Part shown: positions 1-12,752 of the stretch, one piece after another
How positions within the stretch are numbered: the first letter of the stretch is position 1
How the letters are laid out: each line of letters opens with the position of its first letter
Assembly: GCA_001643675.2 (NCBI GenBank)
Contig: LSRY02000017.1
Coordinates: 186,001 to 250,000, forward strand
Direction: 5' to 3'
DNA: 64,000 nt
Origin: Monocercomonoides exilis PA203
Taxonomy: Eukaryota > Protista > Preaxostyla
Made by a program: the position numbers and the translations under genes
Notes under the pieces: generated by a model
Told to the model about the DNA's origin: nothing
Database searches by the model: none
Seen by the model: the letters and a program-made list of their open reading frames with translations, nothing else

Positions 1-167
1 AGGCAAATACTCGTCCAACACTTGTTGAAATCAAGCGAAATTTTATTAGTCAAGCCTCAGCTGGAGCAGCTCAGTAGACAATGTCAGATGCCATTGATTT
101 GCAGTACTATATTGATAGCAAAGAATGCAATTATGAGACGAACTGCTCGCTCGAAGTTAGCCTTTAA
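1..167 (+). pseudogene. 3' end of a paralogue of the giant receptor-pseudokinase family, with an in-frame stop
   Basis: Frame from base 3 reads ANTRPTLVEIKRNFISQASAGAAQ*TMSDAIDLQ, matching the C-terminus RPGLLEVKRELFGHFPAEAVMVTASDAIDLE of ORF 42309-43016. TAG at 75-77, TAA at 165-167. Confidence 0.7.
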
Positions 168-1279
168 GAAATTTTCCCAAAAAACAACGAATAAATTGCG
201 AAAAAAAGAACCAACATAAGCACAGAAAGCAAAGCAAATAAATTGAAACGGAAAAAAGAGGGTTGAAGAAGGAGACAAGTTGGATACAAACTGATATTTA
301 TCCATTTTTCTTTTTATTTTGATTCATCTTTTTGATTTTCAGTGGAGTTAGAAACGGCAAGACAAGTTGCATTTGTTTGTGCGATTCAAACAATACGATT
401 GAGTTTGAGTTGACAAAGAGATGCATTCGAGTTCAGTCAGTTTTTCATGATGTTCTTTCTCTGGGATTCAGAGAAACGGGTGAGAAATCCTTGAATAAGC
501 AGTTGGTTGATTTTTGATATTTTTGAATAAATAGAACAACTAATCCATCTTCAAATTATGCTTTTATTTGCGCTTTGGTCAACTTATTACACTCAATGGA
601 ATAATATGAAATGATTTTTTACAATTGAAAATATGCTTTATTGTAAAATTTTCGAATAAAAAAAATTGGAAAAGGAGAATCAATCGACACCTCTTTTTAT
701 CACCCACATTATTTTAATATTAAAAAAAATTTTTTTTCCCTTTAATAAGCTCTGAAAGAATGTTTTTTGCGTTCACGATTAATTATTTTCGCATTATTAT
801 CGCTAGGGTTAAGAAATTATAAAAAATTTTAGGGTTTTCCTCAAAAAATAAAAATATTCTTTTTTGAAATAAAAAGAAAAAAATGAAGTTGATTTTTCTT
901 TTCAGAATCCCGCTATTATACCAAATAAATCTTCAAATAGTTTTAATGTAGATCATTTGATATGTGATACAAATAATTTTCTATGTCTATTCTTACGTGA
1001 CTGATAAGTCTTCTATTTCCGAATTAATAATAATTATTTGTGAATTTTTAAGTTCCTTCATGAGGTAATTTCTGCGCTTTGGGTTTTTGCATAACCGTAT
1101 TTCGAACACATCAAATCGCTTAATTTAAAAAGTGAATCAAATTTCTGTATTCTTTTTTTAAGCTCTTTTTCAAGAAAAGCAAAAATATGTATATAATCCT
1201 CAATAAAAATTTCGAAAGATAATCTCCATCAATTTTATAAAAAAAATACAGATAACGCAAAAAATTCCGTTCATCGCAT

Positions 1280-1912
1280 AAAAAAACCAGACAAGAACAA
1301 TTTCACTAAACATGTGTAACTATGTGTCTATTGACAGACAAAATTGGTTTCCTGACGGACCGAGAGAAAGTTTTCACGACAGAACTTCAATTATGAAAAC
1401 AACAATATCAAATGTTAATATTATCAAATGTTAATTCAAATTAGCGAAGAAAAAAAATACGTTTTTCAAAAAGGATATTGACTAAAATCAAATTTGGAAT
1501 TTTTTGATCATCGGACTGTCAGTCAAGTCAGTGACTGTCAATGGAGTCAGTATCTGTCAAAAAAGAATTTTTCATTTTATTCAATTCTTCATACTTCACT
1601 TTGTTTCATAAATAAAACGAAAAATTCTTTTTTGACAGATACTGACTCCATTGACAGTCACTGACTTTACTGACAGTCCGATGATCAAAAAATTCCAAAT
1701 TTGATTTTAGTCAATATCATTTTTGAAAAACGTATTTTTTTTCTTCGCTAATTTGAATTAACATTTGATAATATTAACATTTGATATTGTTGTTTTCATA
1801 ATTGAAGTTCTGTCGTGAAAACTTTCTCTCGGTCTGTCAGGAAACCAATTTTGTCTGTCAATAGACACATAGTTACACATGTTTAGTGAAATTGTTCTTG
1901 TTCGGTTTTTTT
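1280..1912. mobile_element. ~630-bp non-coding foldback (MITE-like) element: ~300-bp near-perfect inverted arms and a 29-bp spacer
   Basis: 1292-1581 is the reverse complement of 1611-1900 with a few substitutions (caagaacaatttcactaaacatgtg / cacatgtttagtgaaattgttcttg). Spacer 1582-1610. Confidence 0.85.
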
Positions 1913-2335
1913 TTAACTATCTGAACTTAATAAAACAGGTTTTTAATTGAGCACTAAAATGTTCTACGCATTTATCGTTTTGATAATTCTCATGAAACAG
2001 AAAAATGTTATTATTGTTCCAAAACCCAAAAATTTTTCAAAAGCTGCTTTTTTTTTAATTTACATGTATCTCTCCTCGTTTCAAAAATCAAACGATGGAA
2101 ATTTTCATATTTTCATATCCGTATATTACACTTATAACCATACGGGTCATTTTTTTTTTTTTGAAAAGTCGCAAATGTTTCATCACTTTTTTTTTTTTTT
2201 TTTATTGATTTATAAAAATAGAATTTGTTTTGTTATCTTTTTTAATTAATCCATTATATTTCTCCGTTTGCAATTAAATGTGACAAAACTGATTGATGTG
2301 AGAAAATAATCATTGTGAAAAAATTTGATGGATCA

Positions 2336-2396
2336 AAAACAAACCAAACCAAACCAAAACAAACCAAACCAAAAAAAAAAAGAAAAGAAAAGAAAA
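2336..2396 (+). repeat. (AAACC)n plus (AAAAG)n microsatellite
   Basis: Directly visible tandem pentamers. Confidence 0.9.
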
Positions 2397-2702
2397 ATTC
2401 CGTTGATCATTTTTTTTTTTGGTGTTTGACATTTGCAACTTTTCAAAAAGAATAACTAACATCGAAAATTAAATTAATTGTTTTGTATAGGGTTTGAAAA
2501 TTAATTATTTATAAAAGAAACCGAGTATTATTTCAAAAAATTTCTCCATCGTATCTTTATATGTCAAACATTTATATGGATAACGGAAAAGAAAAATAAA
2601 GAAAATTGAGAAAAATTTAAAAAATATTTTAGTGGAACTAAGTTCACAAAAATATTTTATTACGTCCCTATATTTTTCTCAGTTGAATAATTTTTTATAT
2701 AT

Positions 2703-2958
2703 GGGTGATTATTTGTGTAATTGTATCATTTTTCGAGGTGTTGATCTTTCAAAAATTGTTCGTTTTTTGAAAGAATATTTTAATTCTAAAGAGAAAAAGC
2801 ATGTTTATTGTTTTTCAAAACAAATGTTTTCACAGAATCAAAGATAAAAAAGTATTCAATAAGCCTTTTCACATTTCAATGTTCATTTGTTAATATTCAA
2901 AAAATTTTTTGAACAGAAAATTATGAATGATAAAATATGACGTCAAAAATAATCTCCC
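2703..2958. mobile_element. MITE-like element with GGGTGATTATTT terminal inverted repeat (copy A)
   Basis: at|gggtgattatttgtg ... tcaaaaataatctccc|at, 256 bp. Another left TIR starts immediately after, at 2963. Confidence 0.6.
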
Positions 2959-3094
2959 ATGTGGGTGATTATTTGAGAAAGTACATTATTTCTTCCGATA
3001 AGTTCTGTGTGAAATATTGATTCAAGGATTTGTGAATCAACTTTGTTAGGTTTTGTGAAATAAATAAACAACATCACTTTTATTTTTTCATATA

Positions 3095-3499
3095 CAGTTA
3101 GTGTCAATAATGGTGAACACTTTCTATAACAGTGAACAGTGGCATTATCTCAACAACTATAGGTAGGTGCATTTTGACAATAAGCCCAAATATTCCTTCA
3201 TTGAATATAACCAATATGAATTTTTTTAATAATTTATCCAACACAATGAAATTATATTATAATTATTTTTCTTTTTCGGAGAAACTCGGAGAAATAAGAT
3301 TCTCCGAGTTTCTCCGAAAAATAAAATTGTATGTTTCTTTATTCTTGGGAGCAAGTTGTTTCATTTTTGTATGACTTATCAGTTCATATACATTGAGGGA
3401 ATTATTGGGCTTATTGTCAAAATGTGACTATCAACGGTTGTTGAGATAATGCGACTGTCCACAGTTATTGAAAGTGTCCACCATTATTAACACAAACTA
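3095..3499. mobile_element. Tc1/mariner-type MITE with ~120-bp imperfect TIRs, TA flanks and a central perfect 22-bp hairpin
   Basis: TA|cagttagtgtcaataatggtg ... caccattattaacacaaacta|TA. Arms ~3095-3215 and ~3380-3499. Hairpin 3272-3293 / 3300-3321. A TA-CAGT start is typical of Tc1-like ends. Confidence 0.75.
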
Positions 3500-3635
3500 T
3501 ATACCCTAACCCTAAAAATTGATCAAAAAATGAACCACTTATTTCGAGCGTAAACACTTAAAAGAAGAGCGGGAACAAAGACCTAAGCCCAAGAACTGTT
3601 ACACTAACCCTACAACCTAAACCAAGCAATCAATA

Positions 3636-3833
3636 CAGAGATTATTTTTGAACTTAAACCCTCAAAATAAAATAATACTGGGTCAGATCAATTCTGCCCA
3701 CCTTTCTTAAATATTGCCTATATCCGGTTTCGACTGTATAAAGAATTTGTATTCAAAACCTTTTCACAAAAACAAACAGTTCCAGAAAAATCTTTCACCC
3801 AGAAAATAGTTATGATTTCAAAAATAATCACCC
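3636..3833. mobile_element. Degenerate GGGTGATT-TIR MITE (copy C)
   Basis: Left end cagagattatttttgaa; right end ttcaaaaataatcaccc. Confidence 0.4.
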
Positions 3834-4154
3834 TTAACTATTGTGTTTATATAAGCATGTGTGTTTAAACTTTGATGTCACTGAGTTTAGCCAGTAATTA
3901 TTTTTGAAGTTATCCAATTGACAATAATTTTTCTAAAATGATAGTTTTCCATAATTCAAAAATAGTGCGGATTGCCGAAAATGAAAAATAACAAGAATAG
4001 TTTAAAACATAGAAAAAATGAATGTAAAACTTAAAAGATTAATTGAATCATTTTATTCAAATTAAAAAATTATCAAAAGGTAGATTTCAAAAACAAATTA
4101 TTCATTTCTTCATATTTTCAGTCCAATTAAAAAATTATTTGGATACGGTCATAT

Positions 4155-4409
4155 GTGTGATTACTTTTGAATCCATATTTTTCCATTCGAAAATTTCTAT
4201 TTGAAAATTTGCTTTGAATTTTAATTTATGAACACAGAAAAGAGATAACTGAAACAAAAATCATCTCAATTTTTCTTTCACATCAAACGTTGTCTTTTGA
4301 TTCAATTGAATGAATAAAACTTTTCAGCTAAATTTTTATTATCCAATTCATAAAATTTTCATAATAATGCACATCCCGAAAAAAGTTATGATTTCAAAAA
4401 TAATCACCC
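4155..4409. mobile_element. GGGTGATT-TIR MITE (copy D)
   Basis: atat|gtgtgattacttttgaatccata ... tatgatttcaaaaataatcaccc|atat, 23/27 inverted match, 255 bp. Confidence 0.65.
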
Positions 4410-4888
4410 ATATGTGTAATTTACCAATATGTAACTGTGAGAAGGATTGTTAAAAAAATTTTTCTAAACGAGTCGAGATATATGAATTTAAAAAAAAGTT
4501 CGGGTTTTAGTAAAATTCTTGGGTTTTGGAACGATGGAAACACTTTCTCTTATTTTTCATAATGTGATATTAAGAATTGTTAAAAGAAAAAATCATTAAG
4601 TATTTTTCTTCAAAACGAGTGTAGAAAAATTACTAATCTTTCCGGTAATATGTATTTTGACATATTTCATTTGTATTCAAAATTAATTATCTCTTTATAT
4701 TATTCTTTAACCACAATAAGCGAATGCCGCAAATAAACAACAGAGAAAACTTAACAACAACAAGGATCTGAGTGGTTTGAAGTGAATTTAAAACAAAAAT
4801 TTAAAAATTTATTGTGTAACGAGGAAAATTTATATTCAAAAATTCATCCAATAAAAATAATTCTTGTATAAATATTTCATAAAGAAGA

Positions 4889-7800
4889 TCATATTGCTGC
4901 TGAATCAGAACGCTGCTCTTCATCGCTTTCACTTGAAGAACGGTGCATAACCTGATTTGTTTCAGGTACAGTTTGACGCTCTTCTCCCTCTTCTTCATTT
5001 TTTGGTTCAGCTTTCTCCTTGTGTCCAAACGCGTTCCATTGACCTTCATTTGCCTGTTTTGTCAAGGCTTTTGCTTCTTCACTTTCACTTGGTTCTTCTT
5101 CCCTTCTTTCTTCTTCTTCTTCTTTCTCAGATCTCTCGGCTCTTTCAGCATCCATCTTTGCTTCCATTTTCCACCTTGCATCCTCAACATCAACATCATT
5201 GAAGAAGTTGATCAACATCAACTCAACATCTGCTCTTTTCTGAGGTGCTGTCACTTGCTTGAGTATCTTATCGGCTTCTTCTGCACCTACCATCTCTTCA
5301 GCCACTAAGTCTTGATCTTCTTCGCCCTCTTTCGAATTTGCTGAGGACAAAAGCAGCTGACACATTGGTGCCAACGAACGCACTGCACCTTCGATTCTGT
5401 TACGTCTGCGCTTTTCTCTCTCTTCTTTTCTTGTGAAAGGTGCAAAGGTTGGCTGAGAAACAGTTGACGAGTGACCATCCGACGAGGCTGATGAAGGCTT
5501 GGCTTGAAGAACAGGGATGCGCATCGGCGTTTCGCGATATGTCGACTGAACTATCCACAGAAGAAGCGGACGAAGTGCTTCAAGGAGAGCGATGAACGAG
5601 CGGTACAACTTTCCAACAGACGAAGACGAGCGAGTAGAAGATGAAGAAGAGCTACTTGTAGGATGATCAGACTTGAGCGCAAAAGCAGAACGGGTGAGAA
5701 GACCAATCATTGAGCAAAACAGCTCAGTCAGAAGTACTTTTCCTTCGTCTGAAATGCTATCCAAACTCCATTCATCGCAAATTGCAGTGAAACAGAAGAG
5801 AAAAGATGACATGTGCAATGTGGTAAGCACAGCAGACGACGTTGGTGTATATTTCTCAAAGAATGCCAGTGCTGAGGCTAATGTTTCCTCAATGAACTTG
5901 GCTTCTTCTTCCTTTTCTGAGGTATTTTCGTGATTTGCATCACCCTCAGTTTCTGCTCTGCTCTCTTCCAGCTCCGGACTTGAATCTTTTTCCCGTTCAG
6001 CCTTTTCGTGCTCAATACCAATCACAGCAACGCTGTGGACAATATCGCTCCATTCGTTCTTCTCCTCCTCGCTCAGCTCTCTTCTCTGGATTGATGATTC
6101 AGCCGATGCTTCTTCTCCTTCACCTTCTTCACTGGCGCCGTCATGCTCATCGTCAGGTAGAGTGATCTCTGGACGAGGCGAGCGTGACATTATCATCCAG
6201 CGCTTTCTCATTGCACGTTCTTCTTCAATGTCGTCAATCATCACTCCTCCTTTCCCTCCCTTTTCATTTGCATCTCCATCAACACCTCTCTCCTTCAACA
6301 ACTCTCTGGCCTTCGCTCTCCATTTCTTTTCGCTTTCATTCCACCCTGATTTCCTCTTTTCTACCCACAAGTGCCATCTGTAAAACCATTCCCATTCTCC
6401 TCCTTCGTAGATAAATGGCAAACTGAGACGCTTTTCCTTCAACTTTAATTCCACATTATCACCCTTTGTCAATACCATTGCAGCAGTTCGATAAATAATG
6501 GATAATGAAGGAGGTTGTGGAGGAGGCGAGGAAGGAAGTGGAAGCTGATTAAACGACGGAGGGAGGCTTGCAGCAGACACACCAGCACTAAGTGCGGCGT
6601 CGCTAGGACGCACAGCAGTTGGTGTGAAGAGAGTGCTAGATACTGAACGTGAACCATCTGAATAAAAAAACAAATTAATTTGTCGTCAGGATTAATAATG
6701 AAGCAAGTTTATACATTTTATTCACAATTATAAGCATCATTACATTTCCCCAGATATTTGTTATCGAACAAAAAGTTATTTAGAAAGTAGTTAAAGATTT
6801 CGAAGCATTAAGAACAGAGCTCCACATGGAAAAAAATAGTGTCACACCACTGTTATGCTGCTGAGACGATGAATCATTATCATCCTACGGATTCATTTAT
6901 AAATCATTGTTAATCAATAATACAACCCAGAAGCATATTCAAACATCAGTTCATTTACATGAAAAGATGATGAGTATGCAGTTATACATTCGAATTGTGT
7001 ATTATTCGTTTGATCATATTGAAATCAATTGCATCAAAAGGCGAAAAACGAAAAATGTAAATCGATTCCCCCGACCAAACGTAAAAAAACCCAAAATGCA
7101 TCAAAAGCAAATGAAGTCAGGCGGAACACGTAACCGAAAATCGTCACATAAAAAGTACATATGCAAAATAAAATAAGAAAATAAAAAAGAAAAATTAAAT
7201 ATAATTGAAAAAAAAATGATGAATGCAACATCATCGATTGTCCATGCTGCCGATGAGATATAAAAAAAGAAAGGACAATACCCGACCGTAGTTCACCCTG
7301 ATTATGGTGTCAACCAGCGGGACCTTGTCCAGCAAAGTGTAAGCACGTATTGCCGACTCTAATGATGAATAAGTCACAAAAGCACAGTTCTGCTCGTTTG
7401 AAAGAGAAAAGCGTTCGACGATGAAATATAAAAACATATTCATGAGCAAAATATATTGAAGTCAATGTTGTTCATTTTTTGTTGAATATATTTACGAATT
7501 CAACATTTGTAATTGATAGCATTAAACAAATAATTCAAAAAACGAATAACAAGATATTGAAACATTACGATCAATCTGAAAAATCAAAGAAAGAAACAAA
7601 CCCTTCCGTACATCATTCTGATGTTTTCTATAACTCCGTGCTGAGAAAACAATTCACGAATATGGTTTTCTGTAATCGTTGTTCTCACATTTCCAACCCA
7701 CAATGTTCTTGCAGGCGGTCTTGGTGGTAAATCTTTAATTGGTACATGATTCACTCCTCCACCAACACCAGCAACACTTACTGAACCTGCCATTTGCATC

Positions 7801-8420
7801 GAAGCAGGATTTCCTGCGGGTTGCGCAGGATCATTTTTCCTCCACCCAATAGTAACTTGTTGTCCATGAATAACGCCATGCTGCATCTCATGGAAAGCAG
7901 TTTGAGCATTATGAGCAAAAACAAATGTGACAAATGCACATGATCTATTTCTAATAATTTTCACTGATTCGATTGCTCCAAATCGCGAAAATACGTCTCG
8001 AATTTCACTTTCATCAGTTTGATCATGCAAATGTCCAACATATAAAACACGATTTGGTTGAGGTGGAATGTGAGATGCAACAGGAGGAACTCCATATCCG
8101 CCAGCATAGTATTGTGGTTGCGCAGCTCCGTACATCCCCATAGACGCTTGGGGATAAGGAGAATACTGTTGAGGAACTTGAGGTTGCTGATATTGAGGAT
8201 AACCTTGAGGCTGAGCATTTGGTTGTGCAGCTTGAGCATATCCATATGGTTGGAGATATCCTAAATTTATTAAAATCAAGCGATATATACAATTATGAGA
8301 AATGAAACAGCGATTCCAAGCATTTCACAAACCGTAACTTTGAGGCATTGCATAACCTGCTTGAGCTTGATATTGTTGATATTGTGCATATTGTTGTGCT
8401 TGTTTTTCTTGGTCGGCCAT
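4889..8420 (-). CDS. U2SURP/SR140-like RNA-binding protein (Q/Y/P-rich N-terminus, 2 RRM, SURP, CID-like helical domain), 5 exons, ~886 aa
   Basis: Exons 8420-8333, 8260-7602, 7389-7282, 6884-6848 and 6657-4889 join in frame through GT-AG introns. RRMs: VLYVGHL..CAFVTF and TLWVGNV..CAFVTY. SURP-like IIYRTAAMVLTKGDNVELKLKEK..PFIY..FYRWHL, followed by LSEEEKNEWSDIV as in U2SURP. Confidence 0.7.
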
Positions 8421-8546
8421 ATTCAATCCAAAGAATAAATAACAAAAACTTCCCTCAGTTTAATAATTGTCGTGTTACAGATACCCAAAATAAGAAAGTT
8501 CGGATGATATGGGCTTGTGATCAAAGTGAAAATTTTGAATTTGGGA

Positions 8547-10028
8547 ATGTCCGAAAGCGAAAGCAAAACACCTTCCCAACTTCGCGCCGAATTTACAAAG
8601 GAGATCGATAAAATCGTCCCCGAGGACAAGAAATATGATCCCAATGAAACAGTGTGCCTTTCAGAACATTCAATATTTTTAAAATTTGCATATGAATAAA
8701 CTGCAATATTTGAAAAAGTCAATTAAAAAAGATTCCATTCAACAAAAACGGCCTGATACAGAGCAAAGCGATAATTTAAAAGAACAGTCAACAAATGTCT
8801 TTGCTGCAATTGCAAATTTCCCTTCTTCTAACGTTATTGCATCTTTTTCCGAAAATCCATTCAGTTCAATGACAAATCCATTTTTGCCTAAAGATTCTTC
8901 TAATTCGTCTGCAAATGCCCTTGGAACAAATCCATTTCCAACACCACAAACATCGACAAATTCTTTCACAAATCCGTTTCTTTCATTCTCTTCTGAAATT
9001 ACTTCGAAAAATTCTGATAAATCTTCTTCAGATCCTTTTCAAAATCCTTTCACTTCAAGTTTTTCTTCTTCTTCTGGTTTTTCAACAAGTTGGAAATCTG
9101 GTGATAATCCAATAGCTATTGCATTTAACGCGGAAACTATTCGGAAAAATGCGGAAGCTGAAGCACAAAATTTGAAAGAAGCAATGGAAAAACAAGTTAT
9201 AAAAGATGGTTTGTGTTTAACAGTTTTTTTAACGAACATTTTGAACAATTTGTGTGATAAAGTTCCTCCTGTTGTTAAGCAATCTACCGGTGAGGAAAAT
9301 GATGAGCTTAAATGGTCAGGAAAAGTCAAACTTTATGCTGTTGGAGAAAATGCGGTTTGAAGCTCTTTCTTGTCTTATATCGTATCAAAGAGTTAATTTT
9401 TAATTTTTCAAATAATAATATTGAAATTTCTTTGAACAATCAAAACAACCAGGAAAAAAAGAAAGAATATAAAGAAAGAGGAGTTGGCGATCTTAAGTTG
9501 AATTACTCAAAACCAAAGTCTGGGGAAGGCAAAGAGGAAGAAGGAGATAAAGCAGAGAAGAAAGAGTCAGAAGCTAAAGAAGGATTCTTCCGTCTTGTTA
9601 TGCGAGCAGACATAACATTACGACTTGTGCTAAATACACGTATAACAAAAGAGTTTGAATTATTCGAACTTATCTCTTTTTTGTTTTTATCATTTCCCCC
9701 TTCTTTGAATTTGTTCCTTTTCGTTTATTTTTATTTTTCCCTAAACTCTTTTCATTGAAAATCAAACAAATGACAATTTTTTTTATTTCGTTTTTTCAGG
9801 ATGGAGTTTGTGAATGTTGATGCGCGCCATGTCAGATTTGTTGCAGTCAATGCGATTGAAGACGAGCCAGAGACTGGTGTATTTCTTGTGCGCTTTGAAG
9901 CCGAGGCTCAAAAGAAGGCATTTTTGGAAGTGATTGAGAAAGAAGTAAAAGGAAAAGAAGTTGAAAAGAAGGAAGAGGAGAAAAAGGAAGAAAAGACAGA
10001 AAAAGAAGAGAAAAAAGCGGATAGTTGA
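8547..10028 (+). CDS. Ran-binding-domain protein (Nup50/Nup2/RanBP3-like) with NPF repeats, spliced
   Basis: RanBD motifs STGEENDELKWSGKVKLY, YKERGVGDLKLN, FRLVMRADITLRLVLN and FLVRF. Introns ~8652-8718, 9209-9262, 9355-9452, 9653-9799. Five NPF motifs lie upstream of the RanBD. Confidence 0.8.
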
Positions 10029-10646
10029 AAATTCATTTCATCAACAATCCTTTTTGAAATTAGGAGAAGAGAGAAAATAATTATGTAAAATATGAAAAAA
10101 AAAATTCGATTCATCAACTAAAAATTCTTTTTTTTTCAATTAGGAATACATAAAACATATAAATTGATGTGAAAAATTTAATTAAACAGCAAATACAGGT
10201 AAAAAAACTGAAACAATAAAATAAAAAAAATACAGAAAATGCTTTTCAAAAAACTGAAAGTAACCAGAAAACGTAAGTTTATAAATGTTAATACTGTTAA
10301 AGGTAAAAATTAAAATAAAAGAATAAATAAAAAACCCAAAGAACTTTAAGCTAAAGATGTAATACCTAATTTACGAAAATTAAAACAAACTAAACACTTT
10401 TCAAATGAGAGAAATAATTTGAAAATCACTAATGCCAAAATAACCAATTGAATAAGTCAGTAATTACTGTTAAAAGAAAAGTTGAATAATAAAAATTGAC
10501 AGAAGAAGAAGAATAATAACAATAAAATTAATAATAAAAAAAAAAAGAAAAAAAAAAGATAACAAATGAATAAATATTGACAGCGAGCAATTTCAAAAAT
10601 CGATAAAACTATTTTTCTTTGCAATACAACGATATTGCTTAGATGT

Positions 10647-12710
10647 TTATTTGCTTTGAGCAACAGATTTTTCTATTTGAGACGCATTTCCTTGAGATTG
10701 CAATGAAGAAGAAGAAGAAGATGGCAGATGAGGCTTGCTAGTAAAAGGGCTTCGAGGGAAAGAAATTTCGCTCTGTTGTGGATGAGAAAGAGACAGCGAG
10801 AGAGAAGAAGAAGAAGAAGAAGAAGAAGTGGATGGGTTGGACGGGTGAGGATGAGTGAGCCTGCGGTGTGGAGTGAATGAAGGTGATTGGAACTGAATGA
10901 GAGAGGAAGAGGTGGGAGAGGCAGAAGGAGAAGGAGAAGGAGAAGGGGCAAAGGAGGAGGAAGAGGAGGAGGAGGAGGAGGAAGAAGAAGATGATGATGA
11001 AGAGGAGTTTGGAGTAGAAATAGTGAGAGAAGAGAAAGAATTCGGTGTTTGAGAGGTAGGAGTCATTTGAGAAATTGGTGAGCGAAGTTGAGAAGGAGGG
11101 GAGAAGGCACCGCCTGATGAAAGGAAAGAAGGCGAAGAAGAAGTTGAGGAAGAAGAAGAGGAGGAAGAAGAAAAAGTTGATAGGGAAGTTGCAGGCTTAG
11201 TGGCAGCAAGAGGCAAAGCAAAAGAAGAAGACAAAGGTGTTGAAAAGGGAGAAAGTGCATTAAAATGAGAAGGATGAGAATAAGCAGCAGCAGAAGCAGC
11301 AACAGAAGAGGAGGAAGAGGAAGAGAAAGAAGAAGAGCCCGATCCAAACGATGAAGCAGGCGAGGCAGGAGTTTTCTGAGCAGCAGGTGAGAGACGAAGC
11401 TGATACATGTCAAAAGCAGAGGATCCAAGTGAAAAAGATGGTGTGTCAAATTCTGACAGGGCGTCGAAATCCGACTGAGTGAGAGAGGCCTGAGGAGACA
11501 TGGGAGTGGAAGGCACAAGGGAGATGGTGGCTGAGGAAGAAGTAGAAGCAGAAGAAGTAGAAGTGGAAGTGGAAGAAGAAGAAGAAGTAGAGGAGGATGT
11601 GTAAAGTGAAGCCGAAGAGGACATTGTTGGGTTGTCACCATATCCAAACAGTGAAGGTATGTCGCTAAAGGGGAAAAGTGACATCCCTTCTGTTCCGGTG
11701 AGCACATCATCAGCTGGCGGTGGAGAGAGCACCAGACGTGAGGGAGAAAGATCAGGCTGCTGAGGAATGGGGAGGATGAATGAGGAATGCGGAGACAGAG
11801 CAGACAGAGCAGACAGCTGGCGAGAGAGAGTGGACGAGGGCGGGCGTGTGATGGAAGACAAAGGAGGAGAGCGTATGTGGCTCGAATGGGCAAAGGGCAC
11901 CATGGAGGAGTATGTGGAAGAGAGCGACACAGAAGACGTGTCTGTCATCAGAGACTCGTTCTCTTCGACCGACGTGCCAAACGGCACATCCTCCAAATGC
12001 GACATGTGCCGTCTCGAACGCCTGCTCCTGCGTGTCGAGGCGCTGTATGTTGCTTCGGCTGCTGAATACACACTCTTCTCTTCTGTGCTTTGCCCTGCGT
12101 ATGTCAATAACCGTGAGCCTTGGGACAGCTGGATGTCTTCTGTGATGTCAGGCATAGCCAGCGACGATGCTGCAGACGAATATGCAAATGCTTCTTCTTT
12201 CTTCTCCGCATTGGCTTTCGCCTTTGCTTTTGCTTTTGATTTTGACATTGACTTGCTTTTTGAATTGAACGAATAATTCGTTTTCTTCTGTTTTCCTTCT
12301 GTTTCTATGTCTGCTGTGTCTGCAGTGCATGTGGTGGTGTTGTCTGTGTAGGAACGTGCAATTAGAGATGGAGTAATACCAGTCACATTGGTAACATCCT
12401 CAGAAAGCAACGAATGCGTCATTCCTATTCCATCTTCAGAAAGCCCTTCCATTGTGTCTTCATCCTCATCCTCGTCATCCTCCTCGTCATCTTCTCCATC
12501 ATCATCATCTTCTTCTCCATCTCCGCCTTCTTCGTCTTCTTCCCCATCCTCATCTCCAAGTTCTGAGAATTCTCCATCTCCTTCGCTTCCATTCCCTTCA
12601 AATATGCGATCATTTTTTGCAGTGTACACATCAGCTTCATCTTCTTCCTCATTCTCTTTGTTATTTTCACCTTCTCCATCTCCTTCATCATCTTCTTCGT
12701 TTCCATCATT

Positions 12711-12752
<42 letters not shown>

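Noticed and set aside
3504-3515. Interstitial telomere (CCCTAA)2, plus scattered TAGGGTT at ~804-836
   Set aside because: Only two units; too short to support a telomeric origin.
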